Assembly (NCBI GenBank): GCA_050084515.1
Contig: CM114271.1
Coordinates: 6,696,001-6,760,000 of the forward strand
Reading direction: 5' to 3'
Origin: Blasia pusilla
Lineage: Eukaryota
Length of the DNA stretch: 64,000 nucleotides
The stretch's first letter is position 1, and each line of letters opens with the position of its first letter. Below are positions 52,525 to 64,000 of the stretch, piece by piece. Made by a program: the position numbers and the translations under genes. The notes under the pieces are model-generated. The model did not search any database and was not told the DNA's origin. It was given only the letters and a program-made list of their open reading frames with translations.

Positions 52525-54479
52525 TGTCACATCTTTTAGGGTAGATCGGTGAGATCTAGAAGAGCGCCTTCGTGAGTAGTCCAGGACACGCTCAGTAGGC
52601 CAAGGATGACATGCTGAGGCCCCTAGAAACCTGAGAGAATAGGTTTTCCCTTCGTTTCGGCTCATTTGGAGCCATATTGAGGAACTTACTATTTTAGGTA
52701 AGTACCATTTTGAGTATATGATCGACTTTCTATTTTTGGTAAGTGGCCCTTGACCTCCTACATCAGGTCAAGAGCCAAGGAGGTGACTTGGGAGAATAGG
52801 TTACCATGGAGAGAGCTTAGGAGAGGGGAGGGGTATACCTCAAGGAGAGAGAGCTTGAGAGCTCATTCTCTCTTTGTTGAACCTCTTGGCATGAGGCGGC
52901 GGAGCTATGGTCCCTTGCCTTGTGAGTATAACCCAAGCCTCTCATTAGGAGAGTGGGTTTGGTTTGACATGAGAGAGAGTGCACACCTTTGAGAGCCATG
53001 GTGTGAGATGGTGTAGAGAGAGATTGGATCATACTTTACAAAGAGAGAATAAGAGAGTGAGAGAGCCTCATGGGGGAGCTCGCTGGTCACTCGCTGTTTT
53101 TGCAGGTTGGGGACCGTGTTCCCCGTTCAGCGGCTCATGGGAGTGCTCACCAAAGCAAGGGTTGTTTTGATTGTTCTTTGCATTTGCTGATTTTTCGTGT
53201 GGAAGAGTGGCGCGCGGAAGCGTTGCCCAATTTCTGATAGGGATTGATTATGGTCAATCTTGCAAAATTGCCATTGCTAGGCGATTCTAAGGGTTAAATT
53301 GTTCAAACCCTAAACCAGCCACCACGCCGGCGGTGGCCGTCGTCGTCACCGGTCAACGGTCAACCATCAGTGTCAACAGTCCACCGTCGGTTGTTGCCAT
53401 TGCCGAGCCTTGCTCAGAGCTGCATTCGGCCATTGTCCATCCTCTGGTTGCCATTGCCGCCATTACGAAGTGGAGGGTCTTCCACGACCACCATTGATTC
53501 TCTGACTTGCGCCGCCACCACGTACTTTGGTTTGGCCGCCACCATCATCGTAGTTTTGTCATCAACCACCGATGGTAGATGACTTCCGGTTATGGTGTTT
53601 GAGTTTTGATTTCATGCTGCTATGTTGTGATTGGTAGCTGCTCGACGACGATCGAGTACCGTGCCGTGACGCCCGTAGCCGCAACGCGCGGCCGATTGCC
53701 ATGTCGTGCCGCTCCTGGCCGCACCACACCGTCTCAATCACGGAGCTGCACCGTCATTGTGGAGCAAAGTGTGGGTTTATTGTTGATTGAGGAGGGTATG
53801 CCGCCAAGTGCCGCATCCCACCATCGAGGGTCGTGCCGTTCCGTGCCGCCTGCAACACCGCACCGTTCGCTGGAACCGCACTGTCCATCAAGGAGTTTTA
53901 AGCAACGTCAGTATGGAAGGAGTATGAATTGCTGATTGGAGGAGTTATCTCCACGACCGAGTTCGGGTCAAGATTTGCAGTTGCTGAGGAGCATCATCGA
54001 CATGTGTTCAGGTTACCCATTCTGGTCCTTTACCCTGCACGTGTGAGGGATTCTGGGATTTTGGTAGTTTATTTGGGGATATTGGGTGTGTGGATGCTGA
54101 GAGCTTCATTTATGTATGTGGTTTAGGATGTCCGGAGTTGAGGGTAGATTGTCGATAAGATGATAGCCTGGTCAATTTTCCGCACCACGCCGCTTGTTGC
54201 CGCACGTTACACGTCTCGAGGAGGGAGAGTGTAGATCGAGTGCTGTATGATTGGGATAAGTGATTGAGGGATTACTCGCGAGGTTGAGAGTGATCGTGTG
54301 AGAGGGGTACGAGGGCCATCACCGCATCCTTTCTGGATTTTGAGAGGCAAGGTGGTGGACCTGTTAGTAGCTCTGGAGGGTTTACCCGGAGTGGTGCGAG
54401 GTTTCGAGGGTCTCCACATGAGAGATCACCTCGATCTCTCACGTGTGTAGAGGAGTTTGTGAGCACATCGCCACACATT

Positions 54480-55760
54480 ATGAGTGGTCCTACCAATTGG
54501 ACCGCATAGGTTTTCAGGTGCAGTAGGCACGATTGAGTTGCACGATTGCATAGCAGAGTTAAGGAGTTGGTGTGACTCCAAGCGGGCCAGGAACTCTAGA
54601 GAATTCAACCCGTTTACAACATGGAACGGTATGTTCCAGCATTTAGAGGGGGCGCCCATGGACAATTACCATGAGTTCTCTCATAGATATGCATGTGAGA
54701 TCGAGGCGTGGAGGCTCTACTATGACCCACATTATGTGTAATGGACGGAGCCGTTCCGAGATGAGGAGGAGGAGTCAAGAGAGGCTACTTCCTCTTCCAC
54801 TAGTGATGTTTTAGGAGGAGTCACTCGCACGAGAGTAGTTGCACCGTCTAGTCGGGTTCGTCCCAGGTTCAACCCTGTGGTTGAGTTCTTTGCTAAGTTG
54901 AGGACGAGTTACCAAGGGGTACAGACGGAGAAGTTGCGGAGCATCCACGACTTCCAGAGGCGCCCGGGTGAGAGTTTGCGTGAGGCTTACACTCGCTTGC
55001 GCCGGTTGATCAACGTCACTCAGGGGGTGACAGGGGCTCAGGCTATCCAGTCATGGTACGCGATGCTGGACTGGACCCTGCGGACATGGATACGGGAGGG
55101 GTGCTTCTTATGAACACCTCCCCTACATTGAGAGATGTTTTTAGGACCTCCGAGAACATTGAGCACAACATGGTGGAGGAGAGCGTAGCCACCATGGGTT
55201 CTAGGCGAGAGCAGTCACGATTTTTTGCACTACCTGTGCAACAACGTGGACTCCGAGATAGGTCGATTGTGGCACCACGAGCTCAAGGAGGATACCGGGA
55301 GGCCGTGCCACAGAGACCTGTGCCTTCATATGCGACTCAACAGCAGCCGCCTACTACTACTTGTTGGTCATGTGGTGGAGCCCATCATCAGCACAATTGC
55401 ACTCGTCAGGGTCATGGATGTATGCATCAGCATGGAGGAGGAGATGGTGCTGCACTAGGAGGTTATGAGTGTGACTATTGTTAGAGGTATGGTCATACAT
55501 GCGCCAAGTGTTTCAGTTTACATCATGAGTTACGTGTGGACCGAGGGCCAGAGAGGGCACCAGAGCGAGTAGCCGGTCCAGGTGGGCCTACAGATCGTGC
55601 ACCAGGTGGTCCCGTTGGGGGACGAGGAGCTGGAGTTGCCCAACAGGGTGGTGGAGCTGCTCGTGGAGGAGGTAGAGTCCTACCACCTAGACGCGTCGAG
55701 GGAGATTTCGGGCGTGAGGCTAGGATGGCTGCTCAGATACATTAGGTACAAGAGCAGGTT
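54480..55760 (+). pseudogene. Element C gag
   Basis: RFSGAVGTIEL..FQHLEGAP; FQRRPGESLREAYTRLRR; CWSCGGAHHQHNC; CDYC. Confidence 0.82.
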
Positions 55761-56432
55761 GTCGCTATGGCATTGAGATTACCTGACGCCGGATCCGTGG
55801 CATCGACATCATATGTAGCACCCAGAGATATGGAGGATCCTGGTTGGATGTGCGGGGTTGCCGAGATGGAGGCCGCTCCAGTTGTGATATGTGGAGTAGC
55901 CGTAGAGTTGGATCCATAGCGAGGGGAAGCCAGGAAATAGACTAGGCTTCCTCAGTCTTTCACGTTGTCTGAGGCGATGGGGACCCCATCGATGGATCCT
56001 GATCAGAGTTCCTAGAGAGTTGGTGACGTTGTTGGTGTGTAGGCACGGAGGGCGATGGGAGAAGTGAGTGCGACGACTCTTATTGTTGATGCTCAAGAGG
56101 GGCATGTGTCGAGCACGTTGTTGGGGGCGGCCACCATTGTGTACTGTGCTCCTTTATTTTCTGCTTCCGATGTTATGACATTGGGGGGTACGCCCGCCAA
56201 GGCTTTTCGGCTAGCCGCTACGCTATGTGAGTGTGGAGTTGGAGTTCCTGCATCACGTTCAGAGGTGATTATAGAAGAGGTGATGGACCTAACCTTGGAG
56301 CAGATGCTCGGGCCGTCCACGTCAGATTAATGGCAGGCTGCAGCTGCTAGGATGGCAGAGATGCCCGCTAGAGCCGCGACAGAGCGTGCCATGGCTTCTC
56401 CTGGTGTTGTGTTGCTTGATAACCGAAGAGAG

Positions 56433-56850
56433 CGTCTATGGTGGACCAACTTGGTGCCCCATGCGGTGTTACGGAGGGCGTATGCGAGAGTGGAGCGCCC
56501 CTCCCATTTTCCAGTGGATTCCATTATGAATCCAGTTTGTCGATCACAGGCAGTGAAGCACGATGATCGACCACCATTGACTGTAGTCAACAGGGTAGGC
56601 AGGTCGCGGGCAGCCTTTCCCACGTTTGTGAGTTTTCCCACTTCCTATGCATACAAGCAGGCCGGTTCTGGCTTGGTTTGGGATGACCAGGTTCAGAGGT
56701 TGGTGGAGCCCAACGCCAACGAGAGAGAGCGGGCGATGGGATTTCCCCCAAGAGTGACAGCAGTCCCGTCAGTATCAGAGGCATCACGACGCCATGTCTT
56801 GGGTCCGGCGATGGACCTGAACTGCTTGACATGGATCTTCAGCTTGGGAG
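56433..56850 (+). pseudogene. Element C C-terminal half of the DNMT3-like domain
   Basis: RLWWTNL...EPNANERERAMGFPPRVT..SEASRRHVLGPAMDLNCL (motifs VIII-X); the N-terminal half and the protease are deleted. Confidence 0.85.
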
Positions 56851-57188
56851 TGGCTGATCAGCGTCGGATGAGATCACAATAGATCACTGCGGTTGCGTTG
56901 GTAAACCCCATGCCTACCGAGATGGTGGAGGCAGTGGCTAGGGGCGAGACCCAAGGAGATCGACACACCAGGGGAGATTGAGAGAGACACCCTTGGACTT
57001 CTTGGGATGTTTTGCAGGTATGCCAGGAGATGATAGCCACAGCATCGAGTGTAGTTTCGGGCACTGCATGTGGAGCAGATCAAAGTTTGTAGTTGGATGC
57101 AGGAGAGCGGTCAAGTGTTGTTGTTCGAGACGGGGTTGCACCATAGCAACCACCGATATCCGCGCCGGAGAGTCCTACCGTACTCACG

Positions 57189-58570
57189 ATGGAGACTTGG
57201 GAGCCAGATATAGGCCCTAAGTTGACAAGAAGAGAGCGGCGCCGAATACATCAATTCCTCAGGAGTTATAGGAGTTGCTTTGCATTTAGCATGGAGGATT
57301 TGGGTACGCTGAAGGGACCGGGGATCTTCCGACGATCCTACAAGTACAGTGATATGGAGAGGGCTCTGATTCAGAGTAGGAGCCATGACTTGGTTGGAGC
57401 AAGACTAGTGGAGATGTCGCATGGGGAGTATGCATCTACCATTGTCATGCCCGCCAAGAAGGATGTGCATGGCAATTGGACAGATAGGCGGATATGTGGG
57501 GATTACCGACGTATCAATCGGCAGACAAAGTCGGATAGGTATGCCATGCCCACCCCTAAGCAGATCTTTGATACGATTGGTCATGCAAAGGTTTTCAGTT
57601 CATTGGATTTGCGAGCCGGATACCATCAGCTGCCTATCAGATTGGAGGATAGGCAAAAGACGGCATTTTGGGGCATCGATCCTCACGGGAAGGATTTTTT
57701 GTACCAGTGGCGGTTCTTACCATTTGGATTAAAGAATGCCCCGGATGAGTTTTAGAGGGTCATGGATAGGATCTTGGCTGGTCTGGATTTTGCTAGGTGT
57801 TATATTGATGACATCGTAGTCTTTAGCGCCACGGTTGAGGAGCATGAGCGACAACTAGAGGAGGTATTTCGACGATTGTAATTACATGGGCTGAAGTTAC
57901 ATCCAGGCAAGTGCAAGTTCTTCTACGACCAGATGGAGTACTTGGGTCATACAATATACCCAGGGGGCCTTGGAGTTTAGCAGACAAATGTAGAGGCTAT
58001 CTCACGCATTCCACGCCCTACAGATGTGAGCCGTGTTTGCGCATTCATTGTGGTACGTCAAGGGATTCAGTTTGAGAAGACGCTGACCTTGCTGACCAAG
58101 GTGGATCACGTGTGGCACTGGGGAGATGAGCAGGAGCAAGCATTTCAGTCCCTCAAGGATAGGTTGACGTCCGCGCCCATCTTGAGGAGACTCATGGATT
58201 GTCCTTTCCAGTGGCACACAGATTGGAGGATGTTGGGGCTTGGAGCGGTGCTCACCCACCATGATGATGAGGGTAGAGAGTTTGTGGTGGCTTATGCTAG
58301 TCGCTCAAACAATGTTGCAGAGGCAAAGTATAGCTTGTATGAGGGTGAGTGCTTGGTTGCGGTGTAGGCTGTCGCGCATTTCAGGTGTTACTTATTCGGA
58401 AATCCCTTTACCATCATCACTGATCATCAACCACTGAAGTGGTTGATGGAGTCCGACAAGCTTACAGAGAAGCTTGCGAGATGGGCTTTGTTGTTGCAGG
58501 AGTATGATTTTCAGGTGGTACATAGACCTGGGACGCTCAACCAGGATGCATATGGGTTGACTCGTAACTC
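57189..58570 (+). pseudogene. Element C reverse transcriptase and RNase H
   Basis: ICGDYRRIN, LDLRAGYHQ, LPFGLKNA, CYIDD, FQWHTDW, LARWALLLQEYDF. Confidence 0.93.
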
Positions 58571-58949
58571 ATGCCCGAGTCACCGAGATGCGACTGGAGC
58601 TCGATGGCCTGGAGAGAGTGATGAGGAGTCAGTGTGAGGATGGCACGCGTTAGCCTATTTAGGCATGTTGGCTATGGAGAGCCAAAGTGTGGAGACTTCA
58701 ATGGCGAGGTCTAGAAGAGAGTCCTTGGATCCCGAGGCCAGTGAGGAGACGACAGATGGACGAGATATTCATGATGATGGAGTAGTCTTGGAGTACCTTC
58801 GTACTGGCAGCGTTGCAAGCACCCTGGGTGCTAGAGAGCAGGATCGGATCCTACAGCAGGCCAGACGGTTCCGTTGGAAGGGGACACATGTTTTGAGGGT
58901 TTGGGAGGATGGCAGAGTACGCATAGTGCCGCATCCTTTGTAGAGAGCA

Positions 58950-60182
58950 CAACTAGTGCAGCATGCCCACGAGGAGTTGGGTCACTTTGGGGTGAAGCGG
59001 ACGTACAGCTTGCTCCAGATTCACTATTGGTGGCAAGGCATGTAGAGTAACGTTCAGCAGTTTGTTGCGAGGTGCATGGTGTGTGATCGGGTCCGAGCAT
59101 CGTTCAATGCTCCGACTCCACAGTTGCATCCATTATCGATCATGGGCTTAGGGTATAGACGGAGTTTGGATTTTGCAGGACCTTTTCCTTTGACGGAGCG
59201 TCACAGTCGTTATGTGTTGGTGATGGTCGAGCACTTCTTGAAGTGGATCAAGTTGGTTGCATTGCCTGACAAAGCGAGTGAGGGAGTAGCTTATGTCTTC
59301 CTTGACATAATGCTCAGTCATTATGGCGCACCGGCTGAGGTGTTGACAGACCAGGGTACCGAGTTTCGCGATGAGTTCCAGGCCTTGTGAGATCAGACGC
59401 TGATTGACCATCGCACGACTTCGCGAGATCATCCCGAGGCGGATGGATTAGCGGAGAGAGTTGTGCAGACGGTGAAAAGGGGTTTACGCAAGTATGGCTT
59501 GCAGAGAGATCAACTAGGAGATTGGAACCTCCAGTTGCATTGGTTGGCGATGGGACACACATTCAACAGGGAGGCATCCTTATCATCTTTTTCACCGTAC
59601 TTGCTACTTAATGGCCGAGAGCCACATTTACCTGTGGCCATTCGTCAAGATGTTGGTGAGGTGTTGGACCTTGATGGCCCAGATGTATGGATACGAGCAT
59701 ATTCTCAGAGGGCTGAGTTGTTTCGGAGAGTGATGCCCATGGCGTTCGAGAACTTGGAGATTGCGCAACATCGGGATACGTTGAGGTATGCAACTATTTG
59801 GGATGGTGGTTATCGACCAACTATCCGAAGTTTGCAACAGACGGCACAGACGACGTTGGATGTAACTACAGGGCGCACGATCCTGAGAGTGCGTGACATT
59901 TTGCCATCCGGTGTTCTCTTGCTGGAGGGATGCGATGGTATGGTATGGAAGGACCATGTGCGTAATTGTGCACCATGTCACCTTCCTAACATTGATGGTA
60001 CAGTAGATCCGAGCTTAGCAGTAGTTCCAGCAGACTTACGTTGTATGTTGTGTGGTTCTGCCCGTGGTGCGGCCACGATGCTAGGATGTGATGGATGTTC
60101 AAGAGGTTGGCATATGGCATGTCTGACACCACGTCTCATTAGGGTTCCTCGGGGACCATGGATATGTCCCAGATGCATATAG
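58950..60182 (+). pseudogene. Element C integrase with C-terminal PHD finger
   Basis: [81 protein letters not shown]. Confidence 0.92.
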
Positions 60183-61078
60183 AGGAGATACTAGGTAGGT
60201 TTTGATTCCAAATTTTTCTGTGATATGGATGACAGGAAGGCGACTAACGATGGGGCCACATGAGCATCCGGCCTTCTTGCTCTTAGCGTTTGAGAGATGT
60301 ATGTCATGGTAGGTAGGGATAGATGGCTATCTGGAGTTAGAGGGACCTAACCACCAGCTAGGGGGGCGATTGGAGATATATTTTAGTACTTCTTGTCTCG
60401 TTGTTTAGATTCCATGAGTTAACATGGGCTCGAGCGTGCTTGTGTGTGTGTTCGGTGACAACGATGTATGTTGTGTAGCGATGTGTATGCGCACGACAAC
60501 CGTTACGTCTTTTAGGATAGATCGGTGGGATCTAGTAGAGCGCCTTTGTGAGTAATCGAGGACACGCTCAATAGGTCGAGGATGACGTGCTGAGGCCCCG
60601 AGAAACCTGAGAGAACAGGTTTTCCCTTCGTTTCGGCTCATTTGGAGCCATATTGAGGAACTTACTATTTTAGGTAAGTACCATTTTGAGTATATGGTCG
60701 ACTTTATATTTTTGGTAAGTGGCCCTTGACCTGCTACATCAGGTCAAGAGCCAAGGAGGGGACTTGGGAGAATAAATTACCATGGAGAGAGCTTAGGAGA
60801 GGGGAGGGATATACCTCAAGGAGAGAGAGATTGAGAGCTCATTCTCTCTTTGTTGAACCTCTTGGCATGAGGCGGTGGAGCTATGGTCCCTTGCCTTGTG
60901 AGTGTAACCCAAGCCTCTCATTAGGAGAGTGGGTTTGGTTTGACATTTAGAGAGAGTGCACACCTTTGAGAGCTATGGTGTGAGATGGGGTAGAGAGAGA
61001 TTGGATCTTACTTTATTGGAGATATTTTAGTACTTCTTGTCTCGTTGTTTGGATGCCATGAGTTAGCATGGCATCCAA

Positions 61079-62420
61079 CGAAGCACTAGTTTGCGAAGAT
61101 CCTCGTCGTTGGTGACGCCGTCTTCGTGTTTTACGGGACTTCGGTGAGGCCTCGTACGCCTCTGCGGAGGCTATGACTGCTTCCAGGGAATCTCGTTGGC
61201 CTCGCCGGTAGTACCGGTCCATTTCTTTGGACAATCCCAACACAAACCAATCTACCAATTATGAGGTAGTAGTGTGTTCAAGTTTATTCACAAGGCTTCG
61301 AAACCTTTGGGTGTATTCCCTGAGAGTTTCCTTCTTTTTACGTTTCAGGTCGCGAAGCTTTGTAAGAAGCCTGTCCTCGAACTCCAGGTCACGGAACTCA
61401 TGAAGAAAGGCTTCCAGTATCCTTTTCCGGGTTTCTGTGACGTCCGCTCCGAGACCCTCGTACCATTGGCTTGCTCGCTTCTTAAGCAGGCCAGGAAAGA
61501 CTCGCAACAAATCCTCCTCTGAGCCTTCCCCATTAGCCTTAGCTACATGGATAAATTCAAGCATAAAGTTTTCAACATCATCTCGCTGTCCCCCTGCAAA
61601 CGTGGGGTATCTTAGCAGCGTCTTCCTAGTGTTGGCCATTGGGAATGGTCTGCTGTTGGGTCCCAAGCTTGATGCTCGGGAGGGAGGAGGCAGCGGTTCC
61701 GATGTAGTTGATTTGGTCGGCTTCTCGTCGTGTGAGTCCCCAAAGGGGTTCCAGGTTTACTCTTCGTCCGACTATGAATTGGCAGGAGACATGGTGGGGA
61801 GCGTATTTCTGTCCCTCTTCTCGCTCTTGGGCTGCATGCGAAGACAAAGACTGGGAGACACCCCCGGAGGTCTCCAAGACGGGTGATCTTCTTGTTGCTT
61901 ATTGCGTCGATCAGCTCGCTGATCGCGAAGAGGGCCAGGAGACTTCCATGAGTCCCTTCTAGGATTCGGGAGCTTAATTCTGCACCCACGATCGCCACAA
62001 GGTAGAGGTCCATGGAGGGAAATTAAATCTTCCTAATTCTTAAAGCCTACAGGAGTGTGCAGGTGCTCTTAATCTTCCTCCCAAGTTTTCCTCCCATCAA
62101 CAGAAGTACCGGGTCATCACCAAGTACAACTGACGTTCATGGGCGAAGCACCCTTTGGCGATTGGTTTTTTGACAATACTTATTAATTTTTCTATCTTTT
62201 CTAGCACCAATGCAGCAAACCGGTTGTTATCTTCTGTCATCCATTCTCCGAGGGGGATAGCTAGAGATAGCACATGGTCTTCAGTAAGAACTAGCTGGTT
62301 GGGTCTTCTAGGAGACGAGTCTTCTTTCCCCGCTCCTGGATTTCCCATGTGTCTCTCTTCCTCTCCTGCAAAGCTTATGATCCCCGGCAGCAGCGCCAAA
62401 AAGTTTCTGGTCCTCTATGT
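61079..62420 (-). mobile_element. Athila/Tat-like Gypsy 5' fragment (PBS and gag)
   Basis: Minus-strand TTTTTGGCGCTGCTGCCGGGGA (Athila-type PBS) at ~62381-62402; gag ORF 61259-61666 (PTFAGG..VENF..ASQWY..LEAFLHEF..ETLREYTQRF). Confidence 0.75.
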
Positions 62421-63724
62421 AATGTACAAGAGTTTCTATTTTACAGTTGTTTAATAAGTTCGATCCCCAAGAGGATCATTGTTTGATGAAAAGAGAGTTC
62501 AAAATCACAATTCTGTCGTAATAGTTGTATTTAAATGGGTATGATTTATATTCAATGTCTTATCAATATCTTCGGATCTTTCTTAGTACCAAAGTTTCTT
62601 TTCTCAATTCTCTCTAGTGGACTTGACAGCACGCTCAGGTAGATTTCCTCTCGATCTCAAGAAACCTCACAGAGACCTCAACATGAAAGCTGGCTTCTCC
62701 TACTTTCGGAACTCAATCCGTCTTGGCAGGCTACTCTCTGTCAAACAGATTTTCCTACAACTCTATGTTTATTATTCCATTGATGAGAAAGGTTCGTCTG
62801 ATTCACTTCTCACTCTGCAGACCCAATAAGAATACTCAGACATAAGCATCGCACATCAGAATGAAGGAATTATTGCTTTACTACTCCATCAAGAATAAGA
62901 AAGCTTCAAAGTGTATACAAGCTCGAGAGGGTACTACTCCCTTGCTCGGACCATTCCTACAACATAAGGACTTTGTAAGAGAATGATGATGATAGCTACT
63001 TTCATTGCTTCTTAAATAATCTCTGAAGGAGGAGTGATCCAAAGATTCGAAGCGGTTTTGATGAAGCTGGTGGCTCTTCAACTTTTGTAACTACCTAGAT
63101 CTATGGTGCTCTTTGCTTTTCCTTTGATCCCTATGAATTCGCAGAACAAAACTGTCATAACTACCAATTTGATACCAAGGGTTGTGTCTCTTCCTATTCT
63201 AAGTGTTCTAACTATGTGTCGCTTGAAATCACTGCCAGTCTTAGCTTCGCTTCGCTGCTAAGTCTGGACCTCTTTTGCTTTGCTTGAGCACGAAGCTCTT
63301 TCTCCTGATTTGAAGACGAAGCGCTCCATTCTTGGTTCTTGTTCTAGGTGCTTCGTTCTTCGTGCTTTGTACAAGAGCAAAGTACTTCTTTCTCTTCTTC
63401 TTCTTGCTTCGTTATGCTTCGTTATAGAGCAAAGCACTTCATAGACAAAGCTTTGTTGAGCTTCGTTATCGTTCTGAAGCTAGCTTCTTGTTGGGTTTTG
63501 AGACTTCGTTATTTGAGTCTCCTCTCCTCTTAGGCAAATCCTTGATTTTCTATCTCTCTGCCTTGTCCTTGGAGCTTCGTGATTCACTTTAATCTTACTC
63601 ATTCCTTCCCATAATAATATATAATAATCAAAATCATAATGTATACGTGGTGCTGGCGGGAACCTAGTACTTGATATACAAGTTTTCGTTGAATAAAAAG
63701 ATATATTTCTTCAAAAGTACAAAA

Positions 63725-63903
63725 TTGTGGGTATCACAAGAGCCTAAAATTATGACTTGTGAATAACATCGGTCTTCATGGAGTATTCCTCATCAACAAT
63801 CATAGGCAAATTATAATGTTTGGAACTTTTATATAAAGCAATTTCTCATTGGTCAAGAATTATGGAAGCTTGTTACAAGTAATGAGGCCAAACCAAAAAT
63901 GTG
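63725..63903 (+). mobile_element. Ty1/Copia 5' relic (PBS-like site and gag start)
   Basis: GGTATCACAAGAGC near 63730, then NYNVWNFYIKQFLIGQELWKLVTS (Copia gag N-terminus). Confidence 0.65.
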
Positions 63904-64000
63904 ACTCAACAAACTTAAATGCTCACACATGGAACTAAGGCACAAGTTAAATAATCCATTATATTTCAATCACGATCGGTTCGCTAATGATTAGTCATAT

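Larger units (their letters stand above)
52525..61071 (+). mobile_element. Element C: same family as A, split repeats A1-internal-B1-AC-A2-B2 (B2 truncated), internally deleted
   Basis: A1 52525-53038 matches A2 60501-61015; B1 60370-60498 matches B2 61016-61071. Gag, the DNMT C-terminal half, RT, RH, IN and PHD are visible. Confidence 0.92.

Noticed and set aside
62450-63650. Additional LTR element with tRNA-Met PBS (TGATACCA near 63170)
   Set aside because: The PBS-like octamer is present, but no convincing LTR ends or coding motifs could be tied to it.

Overview
Eukaryotic, transposon-dense, plant-like DNA. A ciliary dynein-2 relic and a plant-type SRPBCC gene suggest a land plant with flagellated sperm such as a bryophyte (inference). 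Three decayed copies of an unusual Ty3/Gypsy-type retrotransposon dominate the window: A at 10279-19222 (-), B at 29558-38641 (-) and C at 52525-61071 (+). A and C are one family and B is a diverged sister family. Their polyprotein reads Gag (2 Zn knuckles), aspartic protease, DNMT3-like C5 cytosine methyltransferase, RT, RNase H, DDE integrase, PHD finger. Instead of two ordinary LTRs, B and C have split direct repeats (A1-internal-B1-AC-A2-B2) and no visible tRNA primer-binding site; A is A1-internal-B flanked by a 4-bp target duplication. The other features are a Plavaka-like transposase relic, a MULE/SWIM transposase with a convergent partner ORF and a 112-bp tandem array, a small Helitron, Gypsy/Athila/Copia relics, two long (GA)n tracts and several fold-back inversions. 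The only apparently intact host CDS is an SRPBCC/lachrymatory-factor-synthase-like gene (48620-49123). All calls come from motif reading by eye, no database searches were run, and domain boundaries are approximate.
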